Shown here piece after piece: positions 9,662 to 20,345 of a stretch of DNA of 55,601 bases (position 1 is the stretch's first letter; each line of letters starts with the position of its first letter). The notes beneath the pieces were generated by a model, which did not search any database, was not told the DNA's origin, and worked only from the letters and a program-made list of their open reading frames with translations. The translations under genes were made by a program, and so were the position numbers. Origin of the DNA: Thermoplasmatales archaeon (GTDB lineage: Archaea; Thermoplasmatota; E2; DHVEG-1); the NCBI GenBank assembly GCA_020343515.1, contig CP070798.1, positions 83,488 to 139,088 of the forward strand. The letters are read 5' to 3'.

Positions 9662-10657
9662 TCATATATTATATATCAATACCTGAATCAATACATCTAG
9701 AAATATTAGGTCATAAGAAAGCCAGAAGTATCTGAAGGTTTTCTGCCCAACCATTTTACTTAAATCCCTCATTTCCTTTTCATCAGCTTTTAATAGGTTA
9801 TACGAATGATATAGTGCATACAACCATAAAATAAGAAAAGGGACTAAAAATACGGGTGTCAAAACTGTTCTAAGATAGAGAATGATGCCTAAAATTCCAG
9901 ATACAAAGAACATTATAAAAGAGATTCTTGCAGCATTTTTCTCGCCAAAAGAAGTTGCATATGTACTTACTCCAAGTTTGAGATCGCCTTCTACATCATG
10001 TATTCCTTCAGGTAGATCATGAGCGTTATCTGCAAAATAAGTAAAAAGAACTAGGATTATCATATTCAAAAAACCGGAGTAATCAAATGAAATATAACCT
10101 AAAAGCGGTAAAGTAGCCATAAATGCTCCAGTTGACGGGAATGTCGTCCATATTGCTAGATATCCAAATATTGGGACAACAACCCATTGTATCGGTGTAA
10201 ATATCTCTGAATATGCAGGGAATTTGATAAATTTTTTTAAGTATTTATTATGGAATGTTACGAACAAAGCAGCCATTCCTGCAAGAAATAGACACCAGAC
10301 GCTGACCAATAGTGAAAATAAAAAAGTTGTTGCTGAAAACACGAGTGCTATTGCAAACATTTTTTTAACACCTATTCTTCTAGCAGGTAGAGGTCTATCA
10401 GGATGCGCAATAACATCGATATCAACATCTGTGATATCATTCCACAATAAAGTTGCAAAGAATCCTGAGAAGAGTGCCAATATCGTAAAAAGGATTGTTG
10501 TTAGTATTTGTAAGTCATACGTTTTAATTCCGTATGCCAGCATTGGTACACTAGAGAACATAAAAACATATTGTATTAACCTAAAACATGAAAATGAACG
10601 CCATTTAAATAAAAAATTAGCTATTCTTAGATAAATTCCACGTGTTTTATCTAACAA
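9662..10657 (-). CDS. UbiA-family prenyltransferase, polytopic membrane protein
   Basis: NDITDVDIDVIAHPDRPLP (NDxxDxxxD...RP.P) plus a second Asp-rich block DNAHDLPEGIHD and multiple TM segments. The track start is TTG, so the start is uncertain. Confidence 0.75.
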   Translation of the reverse strand: MLDKTRGIYLRIANFLFKWRSFSCFRLIQYVFMFSSVPMLAYGIKTYDLQILTTILFTILALFSGFFATLLWNDITDVDIDVIAHPDRPLPARRIGVKKMFAIALVFSATTFLFSLLVSVWCLFLAGMAALFVTFHNKYLKKFIKFPAYSEIFTPIQWVVVPIFGYLAIWTTFPSTGAFMATLPLLGYISFDYSGFLNMIILVLFTYFADNAHDLPEGIHDVEGDLKLGVSTYATSFGEKNAARISFIMFFVSGILGIILYLRTVLTPVFLVPFLILWLYALYHSYNLLKADEKEMRDLSKMVGQKTFRYFWLSYDLIFLDVLIQVLIYNI

Positions 10658-10774
10658 ATTTATCTCACCATATATTTTTAATAGCTTAGAATAGTCCTTA
10701 TGCTTGATATAAATTGTTAGCTAGATCCAATAAAACATAAAAAGTTTAAACTATTTTTCACTATTGTTGATAAC

Positions 10775-11440
10775 ATGGCTCAGTACATTTTTCAAAACTA
10801 TGATAAAAAAGTGAACATAGGAAAAATAATTTGTCTTGCAAGAACTTATAAAAAACATGCTCAAGAGATGCATGCCACGGTGACAGAAGATCCTATTCTT
10901 TTTCTAAAACCTGAAAGTTCTATTATCTTCAACAACGAATCAATTGTGCTCCCAAAAATGTCAAACTGTGTACATCATGAAGTAGAACTAGGTGTAGTCA
11001 TATGTAAAACTGGAAAAAATATCTCGGAAAAAGATGCAATGGATCATGTGTTGGGGTATGTTGTTGCACTGGATATTACAGCAAGGGATATACAATCTGT
11101 AGCAAAAAAAAGTGGTTGGCCATGGAGTATAGCAAAAGGTTTTGATACATTTGCACCAATTAGTTATGTTGTTTTAAAAGATGAAGTACCTGACCTGCAC
11201 AACCTTGACCTCAAGCTGAAGGTAAATGACAAGTTGAAACAGTTAGCAAACACAAAATACATGATATACTCAGTAGAACGAATAATCGAGTTTGTTTCAA
11301 AAATAATGACTCTTAAAAAGGGAGATCTAATACTAACAGGAACCCCAGAAGGTGTAGGAGAACTATTTGAAGGAGATGTAATTGAAGCAAAACTAGGAGA
11401 TGTTTGTTATTTAAAGGTTAACGTGAAAAGGGAGCAATAA
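10775..11440 (+). CDS. Fumarylacetoacetate hydrolase (FAH) family protein
   Basis: HHEVELGVVI, LDITARD, KGFDTFAPI and GDLILTGTPEGVG. Confidence 0.85.
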   Translation: MAQYIFQNYDKKVNIGKIICLARTYKKHAQEMHATVTEDPILFLKPESSIIFNNESIVLPKMSNCVHHEVELGVVICKTGKNISEKDAMDHVLGYVVALDITARDIQSVAKKSGWPWSIAKGFDTFAPISYVVLKDEVPDLHNLDLKLKVNDKLKQLANTKYMIYSVERIIEFVSKIMTLKKGDLILTGTPEGVGELFEGDVIEAKLGDVCYLKVNVKREQ

Positions 11441-11442
11441 TA

Positions 11443-12357
11443 TCACAAAATCTTTTCTTTCAATATACAAGTTTTACACACAATCTGAGATGTAGGTTCA
11501 CCACATTTTTTACACTGGTTCAAGTTGACTGGTGGATATCTTTGAAATAACAAATCTTTGATGCTTTCATAGCTATTAATGATACTATGCCGGGTACCTG
11601 GGTTGTTGTATTCTAGAGTATCAATTATCTCCCGGAAATATCTCCTCAAGGCGCGCGTTGAATATGGACAGTCTGCATTGTGAAAATCTATATTTTTAAG
11701 AAGGGCATAAAGCATCACTTCTTTCTCAGGAATGGTTCTAAGAGGCATAACACGAGGCACTAGGCCTGGTTGAATCTTTAAGTGGGGCCCGAGTCTTGCG
11801 AGTTTCTGCATATCGCCTCCAACAAAATTCATAAGAATTGATTGAGACATGTCATCTAGATTGTGACCAGTAACAAGCCTATCGATGCCAAGTTCTTTTG
11901 TCTTTGTGTTGAGACAAAACCTTCTAAAAACACCGCAATGGGTACACTCCCCCAGCTCATAATGCATCTTAGCTATATCATCCATGGTTTTTCCAATAGC
12001 TTCTTTAAAAGAGATTATATGATGTTCGATATCAAGTAAACTGCAGTTCTTGCGAGCAGTCTTGATACTTATATCCCTATAGCCTTTGATGCCTTCATCA
12101 ACAGTTATTGCATATAAAAAGACGGCTGGCCGCTGAGAGAAAATATCATTAATCACGTGTAAGGCAACTGTGCTATCCTTTCCACCTGAAACTGCAACGC
12201 CAATTTTTGAATTATCATTGGTTTTCCCATGTTTTTTAACATCTTTTTTTATTCTTCTTTCAAAATATTCAATGAAATGATTTTTACACAAATGGGTTCC
12301 ATTGTATCTGATAAAGGTCACAGAGGGCTTTCTGCATTTGATACAACTTATTGTCAT
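11443..12357 (-). CDS. PP-loop ATPase, tRNA 2-thiolation protein (NcsA/TtuA/Ctu1-like)
   Basis: SGGKDS PP-loop flanked by N- and C-terminal CxxC zinc-finger pairs. Confidence 0.8.
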   Translation of the reverse strand: MTISCIKCRKPSVTFIRYNGTHLCKNHFIEYFERRIKKDVKKHGKTNDNSKIGVAVSGGKDSTVALHVINDIFSQRPAVFLYAITVDEGIKGYRDISIKTARKNCSLLDIEHHIISFKEAIGKTMDDIAKMHYELGECTHCGVFRRFCLNTKTKELGIDRLVTGHNLDDMSQSILMNFVGGDMQKLARLGPHLKIQPGLVPRVMPLRTIPEKEVMLYALLKNIDFHNADCPYSTRALRRYFREIIDTLEYNNPGTRHSIINSYESIKDLLFQRYPPVNLNQCKKCGEPTSQIVCKTCILKEKIL

Positions 12358-12365
12358 TACAAAAC

Positions 12366-14000
12366 CTAATGAATGAGATCTGCTTTTAATTCAAAGGCAA
12401 TAATGGGATGCTCGAGTTCAAATAGTTGAATAGTCCGTGGATGTAATTCACCAAAGAACCCTATTTCTTTCTTATCTTTGACAATAGAGGCACATCTACC
12501 GTTTATGAAAGCAGGATGATCTTTCTCTTTTATAGAAAAACCTAATCCAATGTCTCTAAGCAAAGCCTCGACAATAGATTTAGATTCAGTAAAATTTGCC
12601 TTTGCATCTATTTTCATACCAGCAAGATTATAGTGATTTCGTGCATGTTCATCAACTACTATACCCACTTCAAAGATCTGCTGAGGCAGCTGATGATGTC
12701 TATTCTCACGTAATAGTTTAAGGAGCGACGGCAAAAGACTTATGCGCAGCACAGAGTATTCTTCACCAATTGGATTTTCTATCTCGACTATGTTACCGAT
12801 TTCCAGCCCCATATTGGAAAATTCATCTTTTTCATTTGATATAGTAAACGTTGTAACCTCGTTAAATCCAAGTCCAATCATGATGCTTCGTAAACTTTGT
12901 AATAAATCATGATGAGGCAAGGTTTCACCAAATGTCAAAGCTTTAGGGAAGGCCGTTTCAAATCTATCAAAACCAAATCCAACTGCTACATCTTCAACGA
13001 GATCAATCTCATGTAAAATATCTGCCCTCCAACTAGGTATCTCTACCTCAATTTTGCCTTTGCCCAGTTCAAAAGAATTGTACCCCATCTTCCCAAGACA
13101 ACCAATAATTTCTTTTTCTTTTAAACTAATTCCTAGAATCTTATTTACATAACCAACTGACAAACTCTTTTTTATAGGATTTAGATCTGGACTAGAATAT
13201 GTTTTTCCATCGTCATAAACAGTAGTACTGAAAATCTGACTGCCGCGTTCGGCAAGAGCAGTCACTACAATATTCAAAGCATAATTTATGGCTTTTCTAT
13301 CTGTGCCAGTAACATCAATGAATATCTCTTTTGTAAATGGCGTTACTTCAGTTAAACTACCATTGATAATTGGAGGAAAAGAAAGCACGTTGTTGTTGGC
13401 ATCTACAATAAGTGGATATCTATCAACATCCTTTAGAAGATGGGCATAATCAACTCCTTTTTCATGCCTCTCCAATATCTCGCTAAGGGTCATATACTCG
13501 TCCTTCGCCAAGGGAATAAACTGCACAGAATCAGGTTCAACAGCTTTGTAAGTAAATGGAGGCTTCACTGGCTCAAAGTTATGAACACCTATTGCAACCT
13601 TTCTCCGGTTTCTTCCAAGTCCAAAATGAAGTTTTTCTTGCATATCCATGAGCGATGCGATAAGTTCATCAGTCATAGTGACATTTTTTATAAGAGCAGT
13701 AGTAACAAAAGGTCTCACATTTTTTACAGATGGATCCACGGCTGTTGAAATATCTGATTTTTTGGCAGTGTATTTCTTTAATCCTGTTTCAAATCCAAAA
13801 AAAGCCCTAGTTGCACGTGCAATCCCTTCAACAGATGTCAAATCAGGTCTATTCGGGAAAAACTCTATGCTAAGTTCATCACCTTCAACCTTGTCAAAAT
13901 CACCTCCAATCATCGGAAGTTTTTCTATCAGTTTTTCCATTGAAATATCGTAACCAAGAAGATCAATGAAATCAGTATAGCCAAATGTTACTAAAGGCAT
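12366..14000 (-). CDS. pheT: Phenylalanine--tRNA ligase beta subunit, archaeal type
   Basis: N terminus MPLVTFGYTDFIDLLG, the B3/4 and B5 domain pattern, and a length of about 545 aa typical of archaeal PheT. Confidence 0.9.
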   Translation of the reverse strand: MPLVTFGYTDFIDLLGYDISMEKLIEKLPMIGGDFDKVEGDELSIEFFPNRPDLTSVEGIARATRAFFGFETGLKKYTAKKSDISTAVDPSVKNVRPFVTTALIKNVTMTDELIASLMDMQEKLHFGLGRNRRKVAIGVHNFEPVKPPFTYKAVEPDSVQFIPLAKDEYMTLSEILERHEKGVDYAHLLKDVDRYPLIVDANNNVLSFPPIINGSLTEVTPFTKEIFIDVTGTDRKAINYALNIVVTALAERGSQIFSTTVYDDGKTYSSPDLNPIKKSLSVGYVNKILGISLKEKEIIGCLGKMGYNSFELGKGKIEVEIPSWRADILHEIDLVEDVAVGFGFDRFETAFPKALTFGETLPHHDLLQSLRSIMIGLGFNEVTTFTISNEKDEFSNMGLEIGNIVEIENPIGEEYSVLRISLLPSLLKLLRENRHHQLPQQIFEVGIVVDEHARNHYNLAGMKIDAKANFTESKSIVEALLRDIGLGFSIKEKDHPAFINGRCASIVKDKKEIGFFGELHPRTIQLFELEHPIIAFELKADLIH

Positions 14001-14173
14001 ACAAACAGGTGAATATACTTTTGGTTTATATCACCTTTTTCTCCAATATTCTTGACGAAAATACGCTCTAAACCTCTCTTTTTAATTCACTAGAGCACTG
14101 GGAAAATGAAATCAGTATAATTGGTTTTACTTGATTTTGGCGGGCATAATATTATATTTTCATAGTAACAAAA

Positions 14174-14182
14174 TTTTATATA
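14174..14182 (+). promoter_or_regulatory. TATA-like box TTTTATATA about 30-35 nt upstream of the 14211 ATG
   Basis: The spacing fits a leaderless or short-leader archaeal transcript. Confidence 0.35.
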
Positions 14183-14210
14183 CACAAATCATTATCAGTT
14201 CTGACAATCA

Positions 14211-15344
14211 ATGAAAACATTGATATTGAATATAGATCGTGATGACGATTTTGGCAGAAAGGCGAAGGTAAAGAGCCCCATAGTTGGGGTTCAAGAAAAT
14301 CTCGACGCTGCCAATAAACTAGGGCGTGTAGATCCCGAAGATTCAGACCTTAATGCCATTTTTTTAGCGATATCCACCTATGATAGATTAAAGGAGAAAG
14401 GAAAGGATGTGGAGGTAGCTACGCTTTGTGGAGATATGAGCGTTGGTATAGCATCAGATCAGAAAATTACCGATCAACTGGAAACAGTGATTAAAAAAAC
14501 AAATGCGGAAGAGGTGATTTTAATAAGCGATGGTGCAGAGGATGAATACATCCTCCCTATAGTTCAATCACGATTAAAGATATCATCCATCAAAAGAGTA
14601 AATGTGAAACAAAGTCAAGAACTAGAAGATACTTATTACAAGTTTGTAAAGCTCTTAGATGACGACAAGGTGAAAAAACAGTTTTTCCTACCTGTAGCTT
14701 TAATTCTCCTCGTATGGGCAATATTCGCTGTTTTGGATATGGCCGGAGGTGGATTTGGCGCCATATTATTTACCTTAGGTATTTACCTACTTATAAGGGT
14801 ATTTAACTGGGAGAGAAACATTGCAATGTTTTTCAATGAAATGAAATCTGGATTACTCACAGGAAAACTCTCTTTCTATACATATATAATTGCAATTTTA
14901 ATACTAGCAATCAGCGCATTCTACGCTTATAACAATACAACATTTAACTCAGAGATGCTATGGGCAATCCCTGTCTTGTCATTTCTAAAGGATATAACCT
15001 GGGGCATAGTAACAGCAGGACTTGTAGCCGCATTTGGAAGGGTGACAGATTCATATGTTAGAGAAAATAAGGTAAATTGGTCATACTGGATTATTCCATT
15101 TTCACTGTTTGCATTTGGTTTTACTGCTTCTGCTATTTTTGGATCTTTATATGAATCAATACTTGGTGGTTTTTCGCTCGTGCCGTTCCTTACACCTTAT
15201 TTTATCGGGTATGCCTCTGTAGGGATTTTAATAGCATTCATTGGAGCGGTTACATATCATTATATCAAGGACGTGTACATTGAGGATGAACAGGAATTGA
15301 ATATTAAGGAATCCACAAGCGAACTTTTGGAAAAGGCTGAGTAG
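14211..15344 (+). CDS. DUF373-family archaeal membrane protein
   Basis: N-terminal soluble domain MKTLILNIDRDDDFGRKA, followed by about 6 TM segments. Confidence 0.7.
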   Translation: MKTLILNIDRDDDFGRKAKVKSPIVGVQENLDAANKLGRVDPEDSDLNAIFLAISTYDRLKEKGKDVEVATLCGDMSVGIASDQKITDQLETVIKKTNAEEVILISDGAEDEYILPIVQSRLKISSIKRVNVKQSQELEDTYYKFVKLLDDDKVKKQFFLPVALILLVWAIFAVLDMAGGGFGAILFTLGIYLLIRVFNWERNIAMFFNEMKSGLLTGKLSFYTYIIAILILAISAFYAYNNTTFNSEMLWAIPVLSFLKDITWGIVTAGLVAAFGRVTDSYVRENKVNWSYWIIPFSLFAFGFTASAIFGSLYESILGGFSLVPFLTPYFIGYASVGILIAFIGAVTYHYIKDVYIEDEQELNIKESTSELLEKAE

Positions 15345-15457
15345 CGAAAGATATCTCAAATTAATTTGAGTTATTTTATTGTGGTTTTGATGGCATATTT
15401 CAGGGAAAGGATTTATATACCCTGGCATTTATAGATATTAGAAATGGGGAGAACAAC

Positions 15458-17011
15458 ATGCAAAAATCCTTGCTCAAAAAAAGAATTGTCTTCGCCATCA
15501 CTGTGCTTTTAATTATAGTTTCTACCTTACCAATTTGTTATGCCCATACCTGGGTGGAGCGGGATCACAAGATAGTAGATAATAATATTGAAAAAGGCAG
15601 AAATTCCTTTACTATAGATATACATCCTTGCGAGGAGAAAAAGTGGACTTTTATGTTTTATGATGATGCAGACTTTCATCGTGCCTTTGACCCCTTTAAT
15701 TGGTTCGCAGAAGAAGCCTACTCTAGTGAAAATATTGACGTATTAGTTCTTCAAGATAAAGAATGGAGCCCTGCAAAAATCTGGTATATTGATGAAAATC
15801 ACGATAAAAACCTCGTGCGTAGGATGGGAGAGGTAAATATGGGGGATCCCTTAATACTTCAAAATTTTATTGAGATTTGCAAAGATGAGTATCCAGCTGA
15901 GCGATATATTATTGCTTTTTATGATCATGGAATGGGATGGGAAGGTGCCTGCATAGATGAAACCAGCGATGATTATTTAACAATGGATGAAATGCAATGT
16001 GCATTTGCTGCGACTGGTGGGGTTGATGTTGTTTGTTTTACTGCTCCTTGTAGGATGGGGGCCGTGGAATCAGCGTATGAACTGAGAGAATGCACTGCTG
16101 TCTATATCGGTAGTGAAGAAGGAAGTGGCTATGCATGGTGGGGCAATGTAATAGGAGATATTTGCGATTCATTGAACCAGAAGCCGAATCAGAGTGTCTT
16201 TGAACTCGGTATAGAAATTATTGAGTTGGTGGAAGAACATAGTTACGAATGGCCTCAGTGGAGAGATAATCTTACCATGAGCGCTGTGAGATCTGATAAA
16301 TTAGAGAACCTAGGAATAGCAATTAATACACTCTCCTTAGATTTTGTCAATGACTACCCAGCATTATATGACCTTGTCTGGTCAGCTTATGAAAATACCT
16401 TGTCATTTGGCGCAGGCTATGGTGTGGATATTTATGATTTTGCTCAGGAGTGTGCAAAAGTTATAACCAATCAGACTATTGTTAAAGACCTTCACAATGT
16501 CCAAAAAAATGTGTCAGAGGCTGTAATTGCGGAATGCCATGGTGATAATAAAGCCATGGCTCATGGGTTATCGGTATATCTCCCAGATCCAAATTCATCT
16601 TGGTGGCACTATGATTTAATGTATTCATTTTGTGGCTTAGATTTTACAGACGATACTTATTGGGATGAATTTCTTATTACCTACCTGAACATTTCTAATG
16701 AGACAACAGTGGTAACAATAGATAAACCTCAGAAAGCGTTTTATATAAATAATAATAAAATATTCTCGCCTTTTATCACGATAATAATAGGTGATGTTGA
16801 CATTAAAGTTACAGCAGCAGATTTAGATGGTATTGATCGGGTTGAGTTCTATTTAGATAATAAATATAAATATAATGATACTACTTATCCGTACATCTGG
16901 AGGTGGGATAAAAAACAGCTATTTAAATTTCGATATTCACTAAAGGTAGTTGCTTTTGATAATTATGGAAATAAAACCTATGATGAAATTAAGGTATGGA
17001 GGTTGTTCTAA
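15458..17011 (+). CDS. Secreted clostripain-like peptidase (C11 family, clan CD)
   Basis: Signal peptide, His block AFYDHGMGWEG and Cys block CFTAPCRMGAVES. The C terminus has an Ig-like segment. Confidence 0.7.
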   Translation: MQKSLLKKRIVFAITVLLIIVSTLPICYAHTWVERDHKIVDNNIEKGRNSFTIDIHPCEEKKWTFMFYDDADFHRAFDPFNWFAEEAYSSENIDVLVLQDKEWSPAKIWYIDENHDKNLVRRMGEVNMGDPLILQNFIEICKDEYPAERYIIAFYDHGMGWEGACIDETSDDYLTMDEMQCAFAATGGVDVVCFTAPCRMGAVESAYELRECTAVYIGSEEGSGYAWWGNVIGDICDSLNQKPNQSVFELGIEIIELVEEHSYEWPQWRDNLTMSAVRSDKLENLGIAINTLSLDFVNDYPALYDLVWSAYENTLSFGAGYGVDIYDFAQECAKVITNQTIVKDLHNVQKNVSEAVIAECHGDNKAMAHGLSVYLPDPNSSWWHYDLMYSFCGLDFTDDTYWDEFLITYLNISNETTVVTIDKPQKAFYINNNKIFSPFITIIIGDVDIKVTAADLDGIDRVEFYLDNKYKYNDTTYPYIWRWDKKQLFKFRYSLKVVAFDNYGNKTYDEIKVWRLF

Positions 17012-17135
17012 TACCCAATCGATTCAGAGAATCAAATCAAGAATCCTTTGAAATTAACATAGATGAAAAGCTTTTATTATAGAAACACTTAAATTTACAC
17101 ATAATATATTATTTTATATATTAGGGATAATTAAA

Positions 17136-18812
17136 ATGAAGAGGACGCTCATAATTATATGGATTTGTATGTTGTTGATTACGGTTTTAGCATTACCTGT
17201 TTCCTGTCTCACGATGGAAACGAATGAAAATCTAGATTACTACCAAAAATTTCCTTCAAATATTGGAAATATTAATTATTTTGATCAATCTAATAATGTG
17301 AGAGATCCCCCAATTCCAGGTCATATGTCCACACCCTATCCTGAATTTAACACCCAAACTATTATGCGGATAGATCCCGAGCATCATGAATTAATGCCAC
17401 TCTCTTATAATGATAACGTTGTATTCTTGATTCAGCAATTAAATGAGGAAATGATTTTACAATACTTGGAAAATCTCACCTCTTTTGGGCCAAGAGTTAC
17501 TGGGAGTCCTGAGTGTTATGATGCGGGGGACTACATCTATAATGAATTTCAAAATACGGGTCTTGATGTACGATTCCATAACTGGTCGTATGAGGGTTAT
17601 ACGGATAGAAATGTTGAAGCTACATTACATGGTATAAACGAATCGAGTGATGAGATTTATATCATCTGTGCTCATTTTGATAGTGTTTCTGGTAGTCCAG
17701 GTGCAGATGATGATGGTTCTGGTGTTGCAGCTGTTATGTCAGCAGCCTATATTATGAGTCAGTATGAATTAAATCACACGGTTCGTTTTGTGGCATTTTC
17801 AGGTGAAGAACAGGGACTATATGGAAGCTACATGTATGTTCAAGAAGCCAATGGAAATGGTGACAATATCGTTGCTGTTTTAAATGTAGATATGATTGGA
17901 TTCGCAATAACTTCTGAAGATGGAAATTCTGTAAAAGTATATTTCAATGATGCTTCAGGATGGTTAGTAGATTATACCGCTGCTGTAAGTAATCAATATG
18001 ACGAATATATAAACCTAGATGTACTTTATAGTGGCTATTCTTGGAGTAGTGACCATTATAGTTTCTGGCTGTTTAACTACGATGCGATATTTTATCATGA
18101 ATATGAATTCAACCCTTATTATCACTCATCTCAAGATATTATTGAGAATTTGAACGTCACATATTCTATGAAATGTACGAAACTTGTTTTGGCAACACTT
18201 GCTGCACTTACCCTACCATCTGGAAAGATTAACATGCCACCAAAGGTACCTACTATCAATGGCCCAACTCAAGGAATCGTAGGAGAGGAATATGAATATT
18301 CCTTTGTCAGTATAGATCCTGAAGGATCCGATGTTTACTATTACATAAAATGGGGCGACGGTCAAGTAGAAGAATGGATTGGCCCCTATAATTCTGGAGA
18401 AGAAATCAATGTAGCTCATGTATGGAGTAAACAAGGAATCCATAGCATCACTACAAAAGCCAAAGATATTAATGATTCTGAAAGTAGATGGGCAGTTCCA
18501 TATAGTGTGACAATAGTTGCTGTTGAAATTATCGATATCAATGGCGGATTAGGAGTTACTGCCAAACTAGAAAACATAGCAAAAATCAATGTCATCGACA
18601 TAGATTGGAGTATCTCAGTAACTGGAGGATTTTTGGGATTAATCGATAAAACAAAATCAGGTATAATAACACATATGTCTGCTGGTGAAACAATTAAAGT
18701 CAAAACAAGATTATTCTTTGGTTTTGGTCTGCTTTATATAACCGTAACAGCGGATACTCAAACTATGGATACAACAGGCTTTATTTTTGGTCCACTTGTC
18801 ATTATTACCTAA
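17136..18812 (+). CDS. Secreted M28-family metallo-aminopeptidase with a PKD-like domain and a C-terminal beta-rich domain
   Basis: CAHFDSVSGSPGADDDGSGVAAV, FSGEEQGLYGS and NVDMIG, then a PKD-like YYYIKWGDGQ. Confidence 0.8.
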   Translation: MKRTLIIIWICMLLITVLALPVSCLTMETNENLDYYQKFPSNIGNINYFDQSNNVRDPPIPGHMSTPYPEFNTQTIMRIDPEHHELMPLSYNDNVVFLIQQLNEEMILQYLENLTSFGPRVTGSPECYDAGDYIYNEFQNTGLDVRFHNWSYEGYTDRNVEATLHGINESSDEIYIICAHFDSVSGSPGADDDGSGVAAVMSAAYIMSQYELNHTVRFVAFSGEEQGLYGSYMYVQEANGNGDNIVAVLNVDMIGFAITSEDGNSVKVYFNDASGWLVDYTAAVSNQYDEYINLDVLYSGYSWSSDHYSFWLFNYDAIFYHEYEFNPYYHSSQDIIENLNVTYSMKCTKLVLATLAALTLPSGKINMPPKVPTINGPTQGIVGEEYEYSFVSIDPEGSDVYYYIKWGDGQVEEWIGPYNSGEEINVAHVWSKQGIHSITTKAKDINDSESRWAVPYSVTIVAVEIIDINGGLGVTAKLENIAKINVIDIDWSISVTGGFLGLIDKTKSGIITHMSAGETIKVKTRLFFGFGLLYITVTADTQTMDTTGFIFGPLVIIT

Positions 18813-18959
18813 AACCTTATCTCTTTTATAAAATAATTTTTGGTTATGAGCTGAAAAATCTATAGAGTTGCTTCTTGTGAGATTTTAAAAATGGTTTAAT
18901 GTCAAGCGGTTGTTTACGGTTAGTTTATTAAAGTGTTATTTATTTCTGTAAAATTAAAT

Positions 18960-20345
18960 ATGTCTTTGATAGATGGTTTAGTGATTTTTTTTGCAATCGT
19001 TTTATTGTATTCTTTTATAGTTTTTATTCTCCATAAAAAGGGTGTTCTAGAAAAATATAACATCTCTTTTATGGGGCCAGCCCTTATGTGGCGAACCAAA
19101 AGGGGCAGAGGATTTCTTAAAAAACTTGCAGAGAAAAAAAGATTTTGGAAATCTTTCGGTAATTTTGGCATTGTTCTTTGTATTTTTGCAATGATTTTAA
19201 TGACTGCAATGCTTATCTGGCAGGCCTGGTTTGTTTTTGGATTTACCCCTGAACAGAAAGAGGCGTTGCCAGGCCCTGAAATTGCCCTTATACTACCAGG
19301 TATTAACCCAATACTTCCAATCGAATATGTTGGGTATATAATTCTAGCATTTATTGTCGCTATTATTGTCCATGAGTTTTCCCATGGAATTCTTACAATT
19401 GCAAGTAAGCTAAAGGTCAAATCGCTTGGAATTCTATATCTTATCTTTCCTATTGGAGCGTTTTGTGAACCTGATGAAAATGGATTGAAAAAGGCGAAAA
19501 CAAAACCTAGAATGAGGATTTATGCTGCAGGTCCCACAGCGAATTTCGTCGTAGTTTTAGTCAGCATTCTGCTTTTCTCCTTTGCTTTTATGTCCTCGAT
19601 ACAACCTGCAGCAGAAGGTGCCCATGTTTTTTCTGTTGATCAAGATTCCCCCGCTGAAAAAATTGGGCTTCAACCAGGAATGACCATAACATCTTTCAAT
19701 AACACAAAAGTGACAAATGTTACAGAATATTTTTATGTTCTGCGAAAGACAAATGCAAATCAGACTACAACCATTAGATATAAAAGAGGCGATAAAGAGC
19801 TAAATGCAACTGTCACTCTTACTGATAGATATTTAGAACATGAAAAACGAGGCTATCTTAACAATGAATCATTTAAAAACATGGGATACCTTGGAACATT
19901 TCTATTGAGGGATGAGGTATTCAATAATTATCTCTCAGCCCTGAAGAATCCATTTAAGAGATTTCCTGACAGTTTTCTGTTATTCTTTGTTATTCCCATT
20001 TTAGGCTATTTTCAAGGATATAACCCAATTGTGTCGCCTTTCACAGATTCATATGTAATAACAGGTCCTCTCAGTGTTATCCCGATTAATGTATTTTGGA
20101 TAATTGTAAACGCATTGTACTGGATTTTTTGGTTAAACCTTGCTGTGGCCCTATTTAATGTTCTCCCTATGGTACCACTAGATGGAGGATTTCTTTTTAA
20201 CGACGCTATGGGATCTTTTATAAAACGGATAAAAAAGGGTATTTCAGATGAAAAAAGAGAAAAATTAGTAAAAAATATATCGTTGACTATTTCCTTGACA
20301 ATTTTACTGCTTATTATGTTTCCCTGGCTAATTAAGTATCTTTAG
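18960..20345 (+). CDS. Site-2 protease (M50) with a PDZ domain
   Basis: HEFSHG and NVLPMVPLDGG motifs, a PDZ-like insertion and multiple TM segments. I prefer the ATG at 18960 over the GTG at 18933. Confidence 0.8.
   Translation: MSLIDGLVIFFAIVLLYSFIVFILHKKGVLEKYNISFMGPALMWRTKRGRGFLKKLAEKKRFWKSFGNFGIVLCIFAMILMTAMLIWQAWFVFGFTPEQKEALPGPEIALILPGINPILPIEYVGYIILAFIVAIIVHEFSHGILTIASKLKVKSLGILYLIFPIGAFCEPDENGLKKAKTKPRMRIYAAGPTANFVVVLVSILLFSFAFMSSIQPAAEGAHVFSVDQDSPAEKIGLQPGMTITSFNNTKVTNVTEYFYVLRKTNANQTTTIRYKRGDKELNATVTLTDRYLEHEKRGYLNNESFKNMGYLGTFLLRDEVFNNYLSALKNPFKRFPDSFLLFFVIPILGYFQGYNPIVSPFTDSYVITGPLSVIPINVFWIIVNALYWIFWLNLAVALFNVLPMVPLDGGFLFNDAMGSFIKRIKKGISDEKREKLVKNISLTISLTILLLIMFPWLIKYL

Noticed and set aside
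10224-10634. 136-aa plus-strand ORF
   Set aside because: It is antisense to the UbiA prenyltransferase gene and has no motifs, so it is a shadow ORF.
18920-19420. 166-aa minus-strand ORF
   Set aside because: It lies entirely antisense to the well-supported S2P protease gene. Its composition is low-complexity and it has no motifs, so it is a shadow ORF.
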